64,000 nucleotides of DNA from Myxococcota bacterium. GTDB taxonomy: Bacteria; Myxococcota_A; UBA9160; UBA6930. Made by a program: the position numbers and the translations under genes. Under the pieces are notes generated by a model. It searched no databases. It saw nothing but the letters and a program-made list of their open reading frames with translations, and was not told the origin of the DNA. Each line of letters starts with the position of its first letter. Position 1 is the first letter of the stretch. The stretch lies in the NCBI GenBank assembly GCA_965223705.1, contig OZ245015.1, positions 2,848,001 through 2,912,000 of the forward strand. The letters are read 5' to 3'. Below, one piece after another: positions 47,109 to 58,373 of the stretch.

Positions 47109-48852
47109 TCGTGCCGTTCGCCATCTCCGCCGCGAAAGCGACCGTCTCGGACAACGTGGGATGGGGATGAATCGTCAGTGACATGTCTTCGGCGTCCGAG
47201 CCCATCTCAAGCGCGAGAACGGTCTCCGCGATGAGCTCGCCCGCGTTCGGGCCGACGATGGCGGCTCCCACCAGACGCCCGCTCTCCGCATCGAACAAGA
47301 GCTTCGTCTGACCTTCGGGACGCCCCACGCCGAGGGCTCGCCCACTCGCAGCCCACGGGAATCGTTCGCGCCGCACACGAACGCCCGTCGCGCGCGCTTC
47401 GGTTTCTGTGAGCCCCATCCAAGCGACTTCCGGATCGGTATACGCGACGGCGGGAATTGCGCGCGGATCAAAACTCGCCGGCTCTCCGGCGATGACTTCC
47501 GCTGCGACTTTGCCCTGATGCGTGGCTTTGTGCGCCAGCATCGGCTCGCCGACCACGTCGCCGATCGCGAAAATATGCGGCACGTTCGTCCGCTGCTGCT
47601 CGTCAACTCGGATGAACCCGCGCTCGTCGACGTCCACGCCCGCTCGGTCGGCACCGATGAAGCTGCCGTTCGGGCGCCGTCCCACCGCGACGAGTACGCG
47701 ATCGAACAACGCGGTCTCCGGCACGTCTTTCCCTTCGAAGCGCACGAGAAGCCCGTCTCCTTGCGCCTCGACTCCCGCCACGCGAGACCCCGTCCAAACG
47801 TCCTCGTAGCGATCTCGCACGACGCGCTCGAGCGGCTTGACGACGTCTCGGTCTGCACCCGCCAGCAACTCGTCGAGCCATTCGACCACGGAAACGCGGG
47901 AGCCCAAGGCGTGGTACACGGCGGCCAATTCGAGCCCGATGACGCCCCCGCCGATGACGAGGAGTTTCTCGGGGATGTCTTCGAGCGCGAGCGCTCCGGT
48001 CGAACTCACCACCCGAGGATCGTCGTAGGGGATGCCGGGTAGCTTCGCGCTGTGGGAGCCCACCGCGATGATCGCGTGAGCAAAGGTCACGACGCGGTCA
48101 CCTTCCTCCGACGTCACGCAGAGCCGGTGATCGTCCTCGAAACGCCCCTCTCCCCGCAAGACTTCGACGCCGCGACGCTTCGCGAGCCCGGCGAGCCCCC
48201 CGGTGAGCTTGCGGACGACGTCCTCTTTATGGGCGCGCAGTTGGTCGAGATCGATTTCCGGATCGCCGAAGCGAACGCCGTGATCGGCGAGCTCGCGGAC
48301 TTCGGTCAAGACTTCGGCTACGTGGAGGAGCGCCTTCGACGGGATGCAACCGACGTTGAGGCACACGCCGCCGAGCTCGGCATGACGCTCGACGAGTGCG
48401 ACCCGAAGCCCCAGGTCGGCGGCACGAAACGCAGCGGTGTAGCCGCCGGGACCGGCGCCCAACACCAGGACGTCGACGTCGGCGTGAGAGAACTCGGAAC
48501 CGGGCGATGCCGGCGGCATGTCGTTCGGTGTCGGTCGTGCGTCGGCGACAGGCGGCGCTTCCGTTGTCGCGGACTCCTCTTCCCGCGCGGCCGGCGGCTC
48601 TGCGGATTCCGACGCGTCCGCTTCCATGCGCACCAGGAGCTGCCCTTCGCTCACGTGGTCCCCCAGGGCCACGCAGATTTCCTGTACGAGGCCGGCCCGC
48701 GGAGACGGAAGTTCCATGGTCGCCTTCTCGCTCTCCAGCGTGAGAAGCGAATCTTCGACGGCGACCCGATCTCCGACGGAGACCAGGATCTCGATCACTT
48801 CGACCTGATCAAACTCGCCGAGGTCCGGAACGGTGACGTCGAAGCGCGCCAC
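47050..48852 (-). CDS. lpdA: Dihydrolipoyl dehydrogenase (E3) with N-terminal lipoyl domain
   Basis: LESEKATME lipoyl domain, GAGPGGY, GGVCLNVGCIPSK, HPHPTLSE. Confidence 0.96.
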   Translation of the reverse strand: MARFDVTVPDLGEFDQVEVIEILVSVGDRVAVEDSLLTLESEKATMELPSPRAGLVQEICVALGDHVSEGQLLVRMEADASESAEPPAAREEESATTEAPPVADARPTPNDMPPASPGSEFSHADVDVLVLGAGPGGYTAAFRAADLGLRVALVERHAELGGVCLNVGCIPSKALLHVAEVLTEVRELADHGVRFGDPEIDLDQLRAHKEDVVRKLTGGLAGLAKRRGVEVLRGEGRFEDDHRLCVTSEEGDRVVTFAHAIIAVGSHSAKLPGIPYDDPRVVSSTGALALEDIPEKLLVIGGGVIGLELAAVYHALGSRVSVVEWLDELLAGADRDVVKPLERVVRDRYEDVWTGSRVAGVEAQGDGLLVRFEGKDVPETALFDRVLVAVGRRPNGSFIGADRAGVDVDERGFIRVDEQQRTNVPHIFAIGDVVGEPMLAHKATHQGKVAAEVIAGEPASFDPRAIPAVAYTDPEVAWMGLTETEARATGVRVRRERFPWAASGRALGVGRPEGQTKLLFDAESGRLVGAAIVGPNAGELIAETVLALEMGSDAEDMSLTIHPHPTLSETVAFAAEMANGTITDLYVPKRSAKDRSDPPA

Positions 48853-50201
48853 TAGAGAAGCAAGTTCCGGATGTCGGACAGGCGCTCAGCCAGCGCGCCG
48901 GTGAAGCGAGCCGCCAAGGCCCCGTCGATCACGCGGTGGTCGTAGGACAGGGACAACGGCAGCATCAGCCTCGGTTCGAAGCTTCCGTCGCGGAACACCG
49001 GCGTCATCCGCGAACGCGAGACGCCCAGGATCCCCACTTCCGGGGGGTTCACGATCGGCGTAAACGCCGTGCCGCCGATCCCGCCCAGACTCGAAATGCT
49101 GAAGCAGCCGCCGGACAGGTCGGCAGGCGTGAGCTTGCGGGCACGCGCCCGTTCACTCACCTCGCCCAGCTCCGCCGCGAGCTCCCAGATCCCCTTGCGG
49201 TTCACGTCACGGATCACGGGCACGACGAGCCCGTTCTCGGTATCGACCGCGACCCCGACGTGGAAGTACTGCTTGTAGATCAGCGACTCTCCATCGGGCG
49301 ACAGCGATGCGTTCATGCGCGGAAAGTCCGCCAGGTTCGCCGCGACGGCGCGCAACAGGAACGACAGTAGGGTGAGTCGAACACCGCGCTCCTGCGCTGC
49401 GGCCTTCTTCTCGCTCCGGAACGCCTCGAGCTCGGTGATATCGGCCTCATCGAACTGGGTGACGTGGGGAATCGTGACCCACGAACGGTGTAGGTTGCGC
49501 GCCGAGGCGCGACGGATCTTGTTCTCCGGCTCGGTTTCGATCGCGCCGAACTTGGTGAAGTCGATTTCGGGAGCGGCGGGCCAGGCTGCGGGCGAAGTCT
49601 GCGCCGGCTCACGCAGCGCTTTCTTGACGAAGCCCTGGACGTCCTCTTTCGTGACGCGGCCCTTCCGGCCCGAGCCCGAGACGAGCTCGAGGGTCACTCC
49701 GAGCTCCCGGGCCAATCGGCGGACACTGGGACTCGCATGGGCGCCCACCGCTGCGACGGCGCCTTGCGCTTCGGCAGCTGCCGCTGCGACGGCCCCTTGC
49801 GCTTGTCGGGCCGGCGGGGCTGAGACGGCAGGCGACGGTGGCGGGGGCTCCACGGCTCGACGTGCTTCTTCCTTCGGCGCCGGGGACTCGACGGCTCGAG
49901 GTGCTTCCTCCTTTGGCGCCGGAGCGTCGGCACCGGCTTCTTGCGACACGGCGGCCTCGGCATCGACGGTCACCGTGACCAGCGGAGAGCCTTCCGAGAC
50001 GAGATCCCCGAGTGTCACGTGGAGCTTCGCCACTACGCCGGCGTGCTCCGAAGGGATTTCCATCGTCGCTTTTTCGCTCTCGAGGGTCACCAGCGACTGA
50101 TCGAGCGCGACGCGATCGCCTTCGGAGACCAGGAGCTCGATCACTTCGACGTTTTCGAACTCGCCAATGTCGGGAACGCGTAGGATGTGCTCTTCGGACA
50201 T
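48852..50201 (-). CDS. aceF: Dihydrolipoyllysine-residue acetyltransferase (PDH E2), single lipoyl domain
   Basis: LESEKATME, HASPSVRRLARE, IPHVTQFDEADIT, LSYDHRVIDGA. Confidence 0.95.
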   Translation of the reverse strand: MSEEHILRVPDIGEFENVEVIELLVSEGDRVALDQSLVTLESEKATMEIPSEHAGVVAKLHVTLGDLVSEGSPLVTVTVDAEAAVSQEAGADAPAPKEEAPRAVESPAPKEEARRAVEPPPPSPAVSAPPARQAQGAVAAAAAEAQGAVAAVGAHASPSVRRLARELGVTLELVSGSGRKGRVTKEDVQGFVKKALREPAQTSPAAWPAAPEIDFTKFGAIETEPENKIRRASARNLHRSWVTIPHVTQFDEADITELEAFRSEKKAAAQERGVRLTLLSFLLRAVAANLADFPRMNASLSPDGESLIYKQYFHVGVAVDTENGLVVPVIRDVNRKGIWELAAELGEVSERARARKLTPADLSGGCFSISSLGGIGGTAFTPIVNPPEVGILGVSRSRMTPVFRDGSFEPRLMLPLSLSYDHRVIDGALAARFTGALAERLSDIRNLLL

Positions 50202-50203
50202 CG

Positions 50204-52858
50204 CTAGACCGTCGCTGGATTCGGTTTCTTGGCGTCGATGCCGTAGCGCGCAATCGCGCGCCCGACGACTTCGCGGGGCAATTCACCGTCTTGCGCCAAG
50301 GCGTGAAGCGCTGCCACCACGATGAACGTGCGATCGATTTCGAAAAACTCCCGCAGCTTCTTTCGCGTGTCGCTCCGACCAAACCCGTCGGTCCCGAGAA
50401 CGTGATACCGGCGCGGCACAAACGCCCGAATCTGATCGGCATAAGCGCGCACGTAATCCGTCGACGCGATCACCGGGCCCTGGCGCGGCGTGAGACACTG
50501 CTCGACATAAGAGAGTCGCTTGGGTTCTTCGGGGTGAAGCAGATTGAAGCGGGCGGTTTCCGCTCCTTCGCGCGCGAGCTCGGTAAAACTCGTCGTGCTC
50601 CAGACGTCGGCGGCGACGTCGAAGTCCGCCTCGAGATGCTCGGCGGCGGCCAACACTTCGCGCAGGATCGCGCCGCTTCCGAGGAGCTGCACGCGAAGCT
50701 CTTTGTCGGCGCCTTCGCGCAAGAGGTACATGCCCCGCGTGATTCCGCGTTCTGAGCCGACAGGCAGCGGCGGATGCGCGTAGTTCTCATTCATCACCGT
50801 GACGTAGTAGAAGATGTTCTCGTGATCGCGATACATGCGTCGCAGACCATCTTGCAAGATGACGGCGACCTCGTAGGCGTACGTGGGATCGTACGCGCGG
50901 CAATTGGGGATTGCCGAAGCCATGAGATGACTGTGGCCGTCCTGGTGTTGCAACCCCTCGCCCGCCAAGGTCGTCCGTCCTGAAGTCGCGCCGAGGAGGA
51001 AGCCCCGAGCGCGACTGTCTCCCGCGGCCCATGCGAGATCGCCGATGCGCTGGAAGCCGAACATCGAGTAGAAGATGTAGAACGGGATCATCGGCGTGTT
51101 GTGGCACGAGTAGGACGTCGCCGCAGCGATCCACGACGCGAACGACCCCGCTTCGGTGATCCCCTCCTGGAGGATCTGGCCTTCGCGATCCTCGCGGTAG
51201 TACATGACTTGATCGGCGTCGACCGGATCGTAGAGCTGGCCCTTGGACGAATAGATGCCGAGGGTTCGAAACAAACCCTCCATGCCGAACGTCCGCGCTT
51301 CGTCGGGGACGATGGGAACGACGCGATCTCCGATCGATTCATCCCGCGTGAGAAGCGTCAGCATCCGAACGAAGGCCATTGTCGTCGAAAACTCTCGGTC
51401 GCCGCTTCCACTGGTCAGGGTTTCGAACGCATCGAGACCGGGGACTTCGAGGGTCTCCGCGCTCGGAGTGCGCGCCGGGAGAAAACCGCCGAGCGCTTCC
51501 CGCCGCTCGCGCAGATACGACATTTCCGCGCTGTCTTCCGCGGGTTTGTAGAAAGGCATCTCTTCGAGCTTCTCGTCGGGAATCGGAATTCGGTAGCGAT
51601 CTCGAAACGCCTGCAATGCCTCGGTGGTCGGCTTCTTCATCTGATGGGCGATGTTCACGCTTTCGCCGCCCTTGCCGAGTCCGTAGCCCTTCACCGTCTT
51701 CGCGAGGATGACCGTCGGCTGCCCCTCGTGAGACGCCGCCGCGGCGTACGCGGCGTAGACCTTTTGCGGATCGTGACCGCCGCGGTTGAGCCGCCAAATG
51801 TCGTCGTCCGTCATGTTCGCGACCATCTGCAGAAGCTCCGGGTATTTTCCGAAGAAATGCTCGCGAACATAGGCGCCGCCCTTCGCCTTGTAGTTCTGGT
51901 AGTCGCCGTCGAGGGCTTCTTCCATGCGGCGCAACAACAGACCGTCTTTGTCCTGGGCGAGTAGCGCATCCCACAGCCCGCCCCAGATCACTTTCAACAC
52001 ATTCCAACCGGCGCCGCGGAACCCGCCTTCCAGTTCCTGGATGATCTTTCCGTTGCCGCGGACCGGGCCGTCGAGCCGCTGGAGGTTGCAGTTCACGACA
52101 AAGATCAAGTTGTCGAGCTGCTCGCGGGCGGCGAGGGAAATCGCTCCGAGGGACTCGGGCTCGTCGGTCTCGCCATCGCCCATGAAGACCCAGACCTTGC
52201 GCCCGCTCGTGTCGAGCAAGCCGCGGTTGTGGAGGTACTTCATGAAGCGGGCCTGATAGATGCCCATGAGTGGCGCGAGCCCCATCGACACCGTCGGGAA
52301 CTGCCAGAAGTTCGGCATCAGCCAGGGATGGGGATAGGAGGACAGCCCTCCTCCATCGACTTCCCGCCGAAACGCGAGCAGCTGGTTCTCGCTGATGCGT
52401 CCTTCGAGAAACGCGCGAGCGTACATCCCGGGCGCGCTGTGGCCTTGGAAATAAACGAGATCGCCGCCGTGCTTGTCGGTCGGCGCGTGAAAGAAATGGT
52501 TGTAGCCGACGTCGTACAACGTTGCGGCGGACGCGAAGCTCGACAGGTGTCCGCCGAGCTCTTTGCTCGTCATGTTCGCCCGGATCACCATCGCCATCGC
52601 GTTCCAGCGGATGATCGAGCGAACGCGGTGCTCGAGCCCGGGCTCACCGGGCATGCGCTGCTCGTCCTGCGGTTGGATCGTGTTGACGTACGCCGTGGTG
52701 GCACGATGCGGCAGGTGCGCGCCGGATCGCCGCGCCTTGTCGATCAGGCTCTCGATCAGGAAGTGCGCGCGCTCGGGACCGTCTCGGTCGATCACCGAGG
52801 TCAGCGCGTCGATCCACTCGCGTGTTTCTAAGGCGTCGATGTCGTGGTCGTTAGCCAA
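50204..52858 (-). CDS. aceE: Pyruvate dehydrogenase E1, homodimeric type
   Basis: [63 protein letters not shown]. Confidence 0.97.
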   Translation of the reverse strand: MANDHDIDALETREWIDALTSVIDRDGPERAHFLIESLIDKARRSGAHLPHRATTAYVNTIQPQDEQRMPGEPGLEHRVRSIIRWNAMAMVIRANMTSKELGGHLSSFASAATLYDVGYNHFFHAPTDKHGGDLVYFQGHSAPGMYARAFLEGRISENQLLAFRREVDGGGLSSYPHPWLMPNFWQFPTVSMGLAPLMGIYQARFMKYLHNRGLLDTSGRKVWVFMGDGETDEPESLGAISLAAREQLDNLIFVVNCNLQRLDGPVRGNGKIIQELEGGFRGAGWNVLKVIWGGLWDALLAQDKDGLLLRRMEEALDGDYQNYKAKGGAYVREHFFGKYPELLQMVANMTDDDIWRLNRGGHDPQKVYAAYAAAASHEGQPTVILAKTVKGYGLGKGGESVNIAHQMKKPTTEALQAFRDRYRIPIPDEKLEEMPFYKPAEDSAEMSYLRERREALGGFLPARTPSAETLEVPGLDAFETLTSGSGDREFSTTMAFVRMLTLLTRDESIGDRVVPIVPDEARTFGMEGLFRTLGIYSSKGQLYDPVDADQVMYYREDREGQILQEGITEAGSFASWIAAATSYSCHNTPMIPFYIFYSMFGFQRIGDLAWAAGDSRARGFLLGATSGRTTLAGEGLQHQDGHSHLMASAIPNCRAYDPTYAYEVAVILQDGLRRMYRDHENIFYYVTVMNENYAHPPLPVGSERGITRGMYLLREGADKELRVQLLGSGAILREVLAAAEHLEADFDVAADVWSTTSFTELAREGAETARFNLLHPEEPKRLSYVEQCLTPRQGPVIASTDYVRAYADQIRAFVPRRYHVLGTDGFGRSDTRKKLREFFEIDRTFIVVAALHALAQDGELPREVVGRAIARYGIDAKKPNPATV

Positions 52859-53786
52859 GAGAACCCTCGCGTTTCTTCACCAGGCGCTGGAAGTCGTCGT
52901 CCGCATGGTACGACGAACGGGTAAACGGCGAAGCGGAGACCATGTCGAAACCCAACGACCACGCGTGTTCGGCGAGCGCGTCGAACTCCGCGGGCGGCAC
53001 GTACCGCTCCACCGGGAGGTTCCGCGGCGAGGGCCGGAGATATTGTCCGACCGTCAAGAAGTCGCAATCCGCGCCCCGCAGGTCTTCCATGACGGCGTGC
53101 ACTTCTTCCGTGGTCTCGCCGAGGCCGAGCATGATGCCCGACTTCGTGAAGATGCCCGGCGCGCGTGCTTTCACCCGCGCCAGGAGCTCGAGAGAATGGC
53201 GGTAGTCCGCACCGGGCCGGACGCGACGGTAGAGCCGCGGCACCGTCTCGAGGTTGTGGTTGTAGACGTCCGGACGGGCATCGGCGACCGCGTCGATGGA
53301 GCCCTCTTTGCGGCGAAAATCCGGTGTGAGCACTTCGACCGTCGTGTTAGGGGTGCGATTCCGAATGGCCGCGATCGTTTCGACGAAATGCGCGGCTCCG
53401 CCATCGGGGAGATCGTCGCGATCGACGGACGTCACGACGACATGACGCAGCCCCAGCTCAGCGATCGCCGAGGCGACGCGCTCCGGTTCTTCGGGGTCCA
53501 GGCGATCGCCGAGACCCGTTCGAATGTTGCAAAAACCACACGCTCGCGTGCAGACGCTGCCGAGGATCATCACGGTGGCGTGGCGCTGCGACCAGCACTC
53601 GCCAATATTGGGACACGCGGCCTCTTCGCAGACCGTATTGAGGGAGAGGCCTCGCATCAACGCCTTGGTCGCGGCATACTCCTCCCCGGAGGGAGCCCGC
53701 ACACGAAGCCAATCGGGCTTCCGAGCCGGTTGCGCCGAACCGGCGGAATGCTGCCCTTCGATGGAGATCAAATGCTGTTTGGCCAT
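52851..53786 (-). CDS. lipA: Lipoyl synthase
   Basis: [44 protein letters not shown]. Confidence 0.97.
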   Translation of the reverse strand: MAKQHLISIEGQHSAGSAQPARKPDWLRVRAPSGEEYAATKALMRGLSLNTVCEEAACPNIGECWSQRHATVMILGSVCTRACGFCNIRTGLGDRLDPEEPERVASAIAELGLRHVVVTSVDRDDLPDGGAAHFVETIAAIRNRTPNTTVEVLTPDFRRKEGSIDAVADARPDVYNHNLETVPRLYRRVRPGADYRHSLELLARVKARAPGIFTKSGIMLGLGETTEEVHAVMEDLRGADCDFLTVGQYLRPSPRNLPVERYVPPAEFDALAEHAWSLGFDMVSASPFTRSSYHADDDFQRLVKKREGSLG

Positions 53787-53905
53787 GCCCCACCCGGGTA
53801 TGAGCCTAGCAAAACGCCCCTTGCGGGGGGTCCGGGATATCCCCGAGACTGGCGGGCTCGGCGAGTCTCGCCGCGACCCCACCCGCAATACGTCCGGAGA
53901 ACTTG

Positions 53906-54787
53906 ATGTCGGAGAATCCCAACTTTTATCGCTTCCGCGGGACCGAAGGCTACATCGCGTCCGAACCCCTGATCGACGCGGTGAACTGCGCCCTGGCCCT
54001 CGAGCGTCCCCTTCTCATCAAGGGAGAGCCCGGCACGGGCAAGACCCTGCTCGCACAGCACGTCTCGGATGGTCTCGGGCTCCCGATGGAATCGTGGCAC
54101 ATCAAGTCGACGTCCAAAGCTTCGGAAGGGCTCTACGTCTACGACACGGTGCAGCGGCTCAACGACGCGCGCTTCGGTGACGGAGACGTCTCGGATATCC
54201 GGCACTACATCAAGCTGGGCCCGCTCGGTCGCGTGTTCAACGCGGAGAACCGACACGTCCTGTTGATCGACGAAATCGACAAAGCGGATCTCGAGTTCCC
54301 GAACGACATCCTCCTCGAGCTCGACGAAATGCGCTTCGACGTGATGGAGACCGGCGACGAAATTCGCGCGAAGCAACGCCCGGTCGTGATCATCACGTCG
54401 AACAACGAGAAGGAACTGCCCGACGCGTTCTTGCGTCGTTGCGTGTTCCACTTCATCGACTTCCCAGACCGCGATCTCATGAAGGAGATCGTGGACGTTC
54501 ACCATCCGAACCTCGACAACACGTTGCTCGATCAGGTCCTTCTCAAGTTCTACTGGCTCCGCGAGCAGGACGAGCTGCGGAAGAAGCCGTCGACGTCGGA
54601 GCTCATCGACTGGATCTCGGTGCTCTTGCGCGGCGGGATCACACTCGACCAGCTCGAAGCGCACATCCCGTTCCTGGGCGCGCTGCTCAAGAACGAGCAG
54701 GATACGGAAGCCCTCGCGGGCTACGAGGAAAAAGGCGGCAAGTACCCGAAGGAATGGAGCGACCTCGGGCCGCGCTACAACCAGTAG
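53906..54787 (+). CDS. MoxR-family AAA+ ATPase
   Basis: [50 protein letters not shown]. Confidence 0.92.
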   Translation: MSENPNFYRFRGTEGYIASEPLIDAVNCALALERPLLIKGEPGTGKTLLAQHVSDGLGLPMESWHIKSTSKASEGLYVYDTVQRLNDARFGDGDVSDIRHYIKLGPLGRVFNAENRHVLLIDEIDKADLEFPNDILLELDEMRFDVMETGDEIRAKQRPVVIITSNNEKELPDAFLRRCVFHFIDFPDRDLMKEIVDVHHPNLDNTLLDQVLLKFYWLREQDELRKKPSTSELIDWISVLLRGGITLDQLEAHIPFLGALLKNEQDTEALAGYEEKGGKYPKEWSDLGPRYNQ

Positions 54788-54801
54788 GGGGCGAGACGCG
54801 G

Positions 54802-55998
54802 ATGTTCCTCGATCTTTTCTACGGGCTGCGCGACGAAGGGGTCCCGGTCGCGATCCAAGAGTGGCTCATGCTGATGCAGGCCATTGCGGAAGGCCAGCAC
54901 GCGGCGAGTCTCGGCCACTTCTACCACATCTCCCGCGCCTGCTTGGTCAAGAGCGAAACCTATTTCGACTCGTTCGATCGGGTATTCGCGCGCGTCTTTC
55001 ACGGCGTCGAAGGCGAGTACGACGTCACCGACGAGATCATGGCGTGGCTGCAGGACCCGAAGAACCGCAAGGAGCTCACCGAAGAAGAGCGCGCCATGCT
55101 CGAGCACCTGAGCCAAGACGAGCTGATGAAAAAGTTTCTCGAGACGCTCGCGGAACAATCGGAGCGACACGACGGCGGCGGGCGCTGGGTGGGAACCGGG
55201 GGGCGTTCGCCCTACGGCAACAACGGTGAACACCCGACCGGTATTCGCGTCGGCGGCCAGAGCCGCAATCGCAGCGCCATGAAGGTGTGGGAAGAGCGCC
55301 GCTACACGGGCTATCGGACCGACCTGACGATGGACTTGCGGCAGACCAAGATGGCGCTCAAACGGCTGCGGCAGCTCACGCGCATCGGCCCCGAGGATCA
55401 GCTCGACCTCGACGCCACCATCGATACGACCTGCCGGAACGCGGGCGAGATCGAGCTCGAGTTCCGTGCCGAGCGCAAGAACAACGTGCGTCTGCTCTTG
55501 TTGATGGACGTCGGCGGCACCATGGATCCCTACTATGAGCCGGTAAGTCGGCTTCTGACAGCGCTCCACGAGGAGCGCGGGCTCCGCGATTTCCGCACCT
55601 ATTACTTCCACAACACGATCTACGATCGGTTGTACGAGACCGCGGCCCTCGACGCGAACAAATCCGTGCCGACCGGCGACGTCCTGCGGCGACTCGACAC
55701 GCGTTGGAAGCTTCTCGTCGTGGGCGACGCGGCCATGAACCCCGCGGAGCTCCTCGAGCCCTTCGGCAACATCGACCCGCGGCTCGTCAGCGAGACGACG
55801 AGCATGGTCTGGCTACACCGGCTGCAGGATCACTTCGACCGAAGCGTGTGGCTCAACCCGGATTCTCCAAAGCTCTGGGGACACACGCATACGACGCGGA
55901 TCATCGAGCGAATGTTTCCGATGTTCCATCTGAGCGTCGACGGAATTAGCGAGGCCGTCCAGGCGCTGGTCGGCGCGCGCCACGCCGCGGTGCACTAA
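54802..55998 (+). CDS. VWA (CoxE-like) domain protein, partner of MoxR
   Basis: HDGG.RWVGTGG.SPYG, LMDVGGTM (MIDAS-like), YFHN, VGDAAM, WLNP. Confidence 0.88.
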   Translation: MFLDLFYGLRDEGVPVAIQEWLMLMQAIAEGQHAASLGHFYHISRACLVKSETYFDSFDRVFARVFHGVEGEYDVTDEIMAWLQDPKNRKELTEEERAMLEHLSQDELMKKFLETLAEQSERHDGGGRWVGTGGRSPYGNNGEHPTGIRVGGQSRNRSAMKVWEERRYTGYRTDLTMDLRQTKMALKRLRQLTRIGPEDQLDLDATIDTTCRNAGEIELEFRAERKNNVRLLLLMDVGGTMDPYYEPVSRLLTALHEERGLRDFRTYYFHNTIYDRLYETAALDANKSVPTGDVLRRLDTRWKLLVVGDAAMNPAELLEPFGNIDPRLVSETTSMVWLHRLQDHFDRSVWLNPDSPKLWGHTHTTRIIERMFPMFHLSVDGISEAVQALVGARHAAVH

Positions 55999-56007
55999 GC
56001 TCGCGTC

Positions 56008-56802
56008 GTGCGTGCGTATCTCGACCTCCTCCGCGACGTCCGAACGACCGGCACGCCGAAGAACGACCGCACGGGGACCGGAACCCTGAGCCGGTTCGGG
56101 GCGCAACTTCGCTTCCCCCTCGACCAGGGCTTTCCCGCCGTCACGACCAAGAGGCTCCATTGGCCGTCGGTTGCGCACGAGCTTCTGTGGTTCCTCCGCG
56201 GCGAGGGCAACGTGCGCTACCTCCACGAACATAAGGTGACCATCTGGGACGAGTGGGCCGATTCGAAAGGCGAGCTCGGTCCGGTCTACGGCGTCCAGTG
56301 GCGCTCCTGGCCCACTGCTTCGGGCCAGACGATCGATCAGCTCGCGGCGGTCATCGAAGAGATCCGCAACAACCCCGATTCGCGGCGACTCGTCGTCAGC
56401 GCTTGGAACGTCGGGGAGCTTCCTTCGATGGCCCTCCTTCCGTGTCACGTGCTGTTCCAGTTCTACGTCGCGGAAGGAAAGTTGTCGTGCCACCTCTACC
56501 AGCGAAGCGCCGACATCTTTCTGGGCCTCCCCTTCAACATCGCGTCCTATGCCCTGCTGACGCACCTCGTGGCGCATGTCACCGGGCTCGGGGTCGGCGA
56601 CTTCGTTCATTCGCTCGGAGACGTCCACCTCTACAACAACCACCTGGAGCAAGCGGACCGTCAGCTCGCGCGCGACCCCCTGCCGCTGCCGCGCCTCGAG
56701 CTCAACCCGAGCGTGAAAACCATCGACGCATTCCGATTCGAGGATTTGACGCTCCACGACTACGAACACCATCCCGCCATTAGCGCGCCGGTCTCGGTGT
56801 AG
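56008..56802 (+). CDS. thyA: Thymidylate synthase
   Basis: [55 protein letters not shown]. Confidence 0.97.
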   Translation: MRAYLDLLRDVRTTGTPKNDRTGTGTLSRFGAQLRFPLDQGFPAVTTKRLHWPSVAHELLWFLRGEGNVRYLHEHKVTIWDEWADSKGELGPVYGVQWRSWPTASGQTIDQLAAVIEEIRNNPDSRRLVVSAWNVGELPSMALLPCHVLFQFYVAEGKLSCHLYQRSADIFLGLPFNIASYALLTHLVAHVTGLGVGDFVHSLGDVHLYNNHLEQADRQLARDPLPLPRLELNPSVKTIDAFRFEDLTLHDYEHHPAISAPVSV

Positions 56803-56807
56803 AGCTC

Positions 56808-58364
56808 GTGGAACCGTTGAAGCTCCGCGACGCTTCCGGGCAGTTCCGTACGGTCCCCGACCGGCGGCCGGCGTGTATCGCCTTCGGCAAACGCGACTGC
56901 CCGACCTGCAACCTCGCGTTCCCCGTGTTTCGCACGTTCGCCGAAGCGTACGGCTCGTCGCTCGACGTCCTCTGGATCGCCCAGGACGCAGAGGGTGCGA
57001 CGGCCTGGGTCGACGAAGCCGGCCCGCTGCCGGTTCTCGACGACGCCGCGCTCGAAGCCACAATGCGCTTGGCGCCCGAAGCGGTACCCACGGTCTATTG
57101 GGTGACGCCGGGAGCCGACGCGGAAGTCACCTGTGTCGGCTTCGAGCGAGCGGAGTGGCAAGGGCTCTCTCAACGCCTTGCCCGCGAAGCGAACTGCGGG
57201 GAAGCCCGCGTCGATTGGAGCGAGCTTCCCGCGCTGCGGCCCGGGTGCGGCTCGCGGCATCTCGACCCCGCGGTCGCAGCGACCCTCGAGCTGCCACCCG
57301 GCTCCGAGCACCTGGAAGCGCGGCACCTACTTGTCGCCGACGGTGTCGACGAATACGAGTTCCTCGAAAGTCGCGGGCTCACCGACGGACTCCCCGTCGT
57401 CCCCCCGACCCCTGCACGCGTTCTCGCCATGCTCGAAGGCACGGCGCGATCACCCGACGCGGTCGTCGCTACCGTGCCCCCGAATCTCGCGCCGATCACC
57501 GTCGAAAAAATCGCGATCAATGCCGTCATGGCGGGTTGCGAGCCCACCTACCTCCCGGCCGTGATCGCCGGTGTCGAAGCGGTTTGTAGCGAGCGCTTCA
57601 ACCTCCACGGCGTCCTCGCGACGACGTTCTTCACGTCGCCGATTCTCGTCGTCAACGGCCCGGTCCGAGACGCCCTGTGCATGAACTACGGTGGGAACTG
57701 CTTGGGCCAGGGGAACCGCGCCAACCAAACGATCGGCCGCGCTGTACAGCTCGTGGTCCAAAACGTCGGGGGTGGCCGGCCAGGCGAAATCGATCGGGCC
57801 GTGATGGGGCAACCCGGCAAGACCAGCTTTTGCTTCGCCGAGCACGAGGCCCGCAGCAGCTGGGAGCCCTGGCACGTCGAGCGGGGCTTTCAGCACGACG
57901 CAAGCGCCGTGACGGCGTTTGCCGGTTCGGGCCCGATCGCGATCGTCGACCAGCTCTCGAGAACCGGTCGCTCGCTCGCAACGAGCTACGGGATGACCGT
58001 GGCGGCGAGCATGCACCCCAAGTTGTTCTCGCCCGATGTCGTGATCATCGTCCCGCCGGAACACGTCGATACCTTCGCTCGGGACGGGTTTACAAAAGAC
58101 GACGTCCGCGAAGTGATGCAGGAAGCCAGTCAGCGGCCGGCGAGCCGTCTCGCGCGCGACGCCGAGTGCGAAGAAGGCACGCCGGATTCGATCCTGGCGA
58201 AGTTCTCGCCAGACGCACCGGTCGCGAAATTCCCGTCTCCCGACAACATCCATTTCGTGGTCGCCGGCGGCGAAGCCGGCAAATTCGCGGCACTTCTCCA
58301 GGGATGGCCGGCCGGCGCCCTGGGTTCTTCGATTTCTACCGCTGTCATCGACGCGGACGCCTAA
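56808..58364 (+). CDS. Thioredoxin-fold (CPTC) domain fused to the uncharacterised domain typically paired with UGSC selenoproteins
   Basis: KRDCPTC, PGCGS, TDGLPVVPPT..RV, TVEKIAINAVMAGC, GNRAN.TIGRA. Confidence 0.75.
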   Translation: MEPLKLRDASGQFRTVPDRRPACIAFGKRDCPTCNLAFPVFRTFAEAYGSSLDVLWIAQDAEGATAWVDEAGPLPVLDDAALEATMRLAPEAVPTVYWVTPGADAEVTCVGFERAEWQGLSQRLAREANCGEARVDWSELPALRPGCGSRHLDPAVAATLELPPGSEHLEARHLLVADGVDEYEFLESRGLTDGLPVVPPTPARVLAMLEGTARSPDAVVATVPPNLAPITVEKIAINAVMAGCEPTYLPAVIAGVEAVCSERFNLHGVLATTFFTSPILVVNGPVRDALCMNYGGNCLGQGNRANQTIGRAVQLVVQNVGGGRPGEIDRAVMGQPGKTSFCFAEHEARSSWEPWHVERGFQHDASAVTAFAGSGPIAIVDQLSRTGRSLATSYGMTVAASMHPKLFSPDVVIIVPPEHVDTFARDGFTKDDVREVMQEASQRPASRLARDAECEEGTPDSILAKFSPDAPVAKFPSPDNIHFVVAGGEAGKFAALLQGWPAGALGSSISTAVIDADA

Positions 58365-58373
58365 GGAGCTCTC

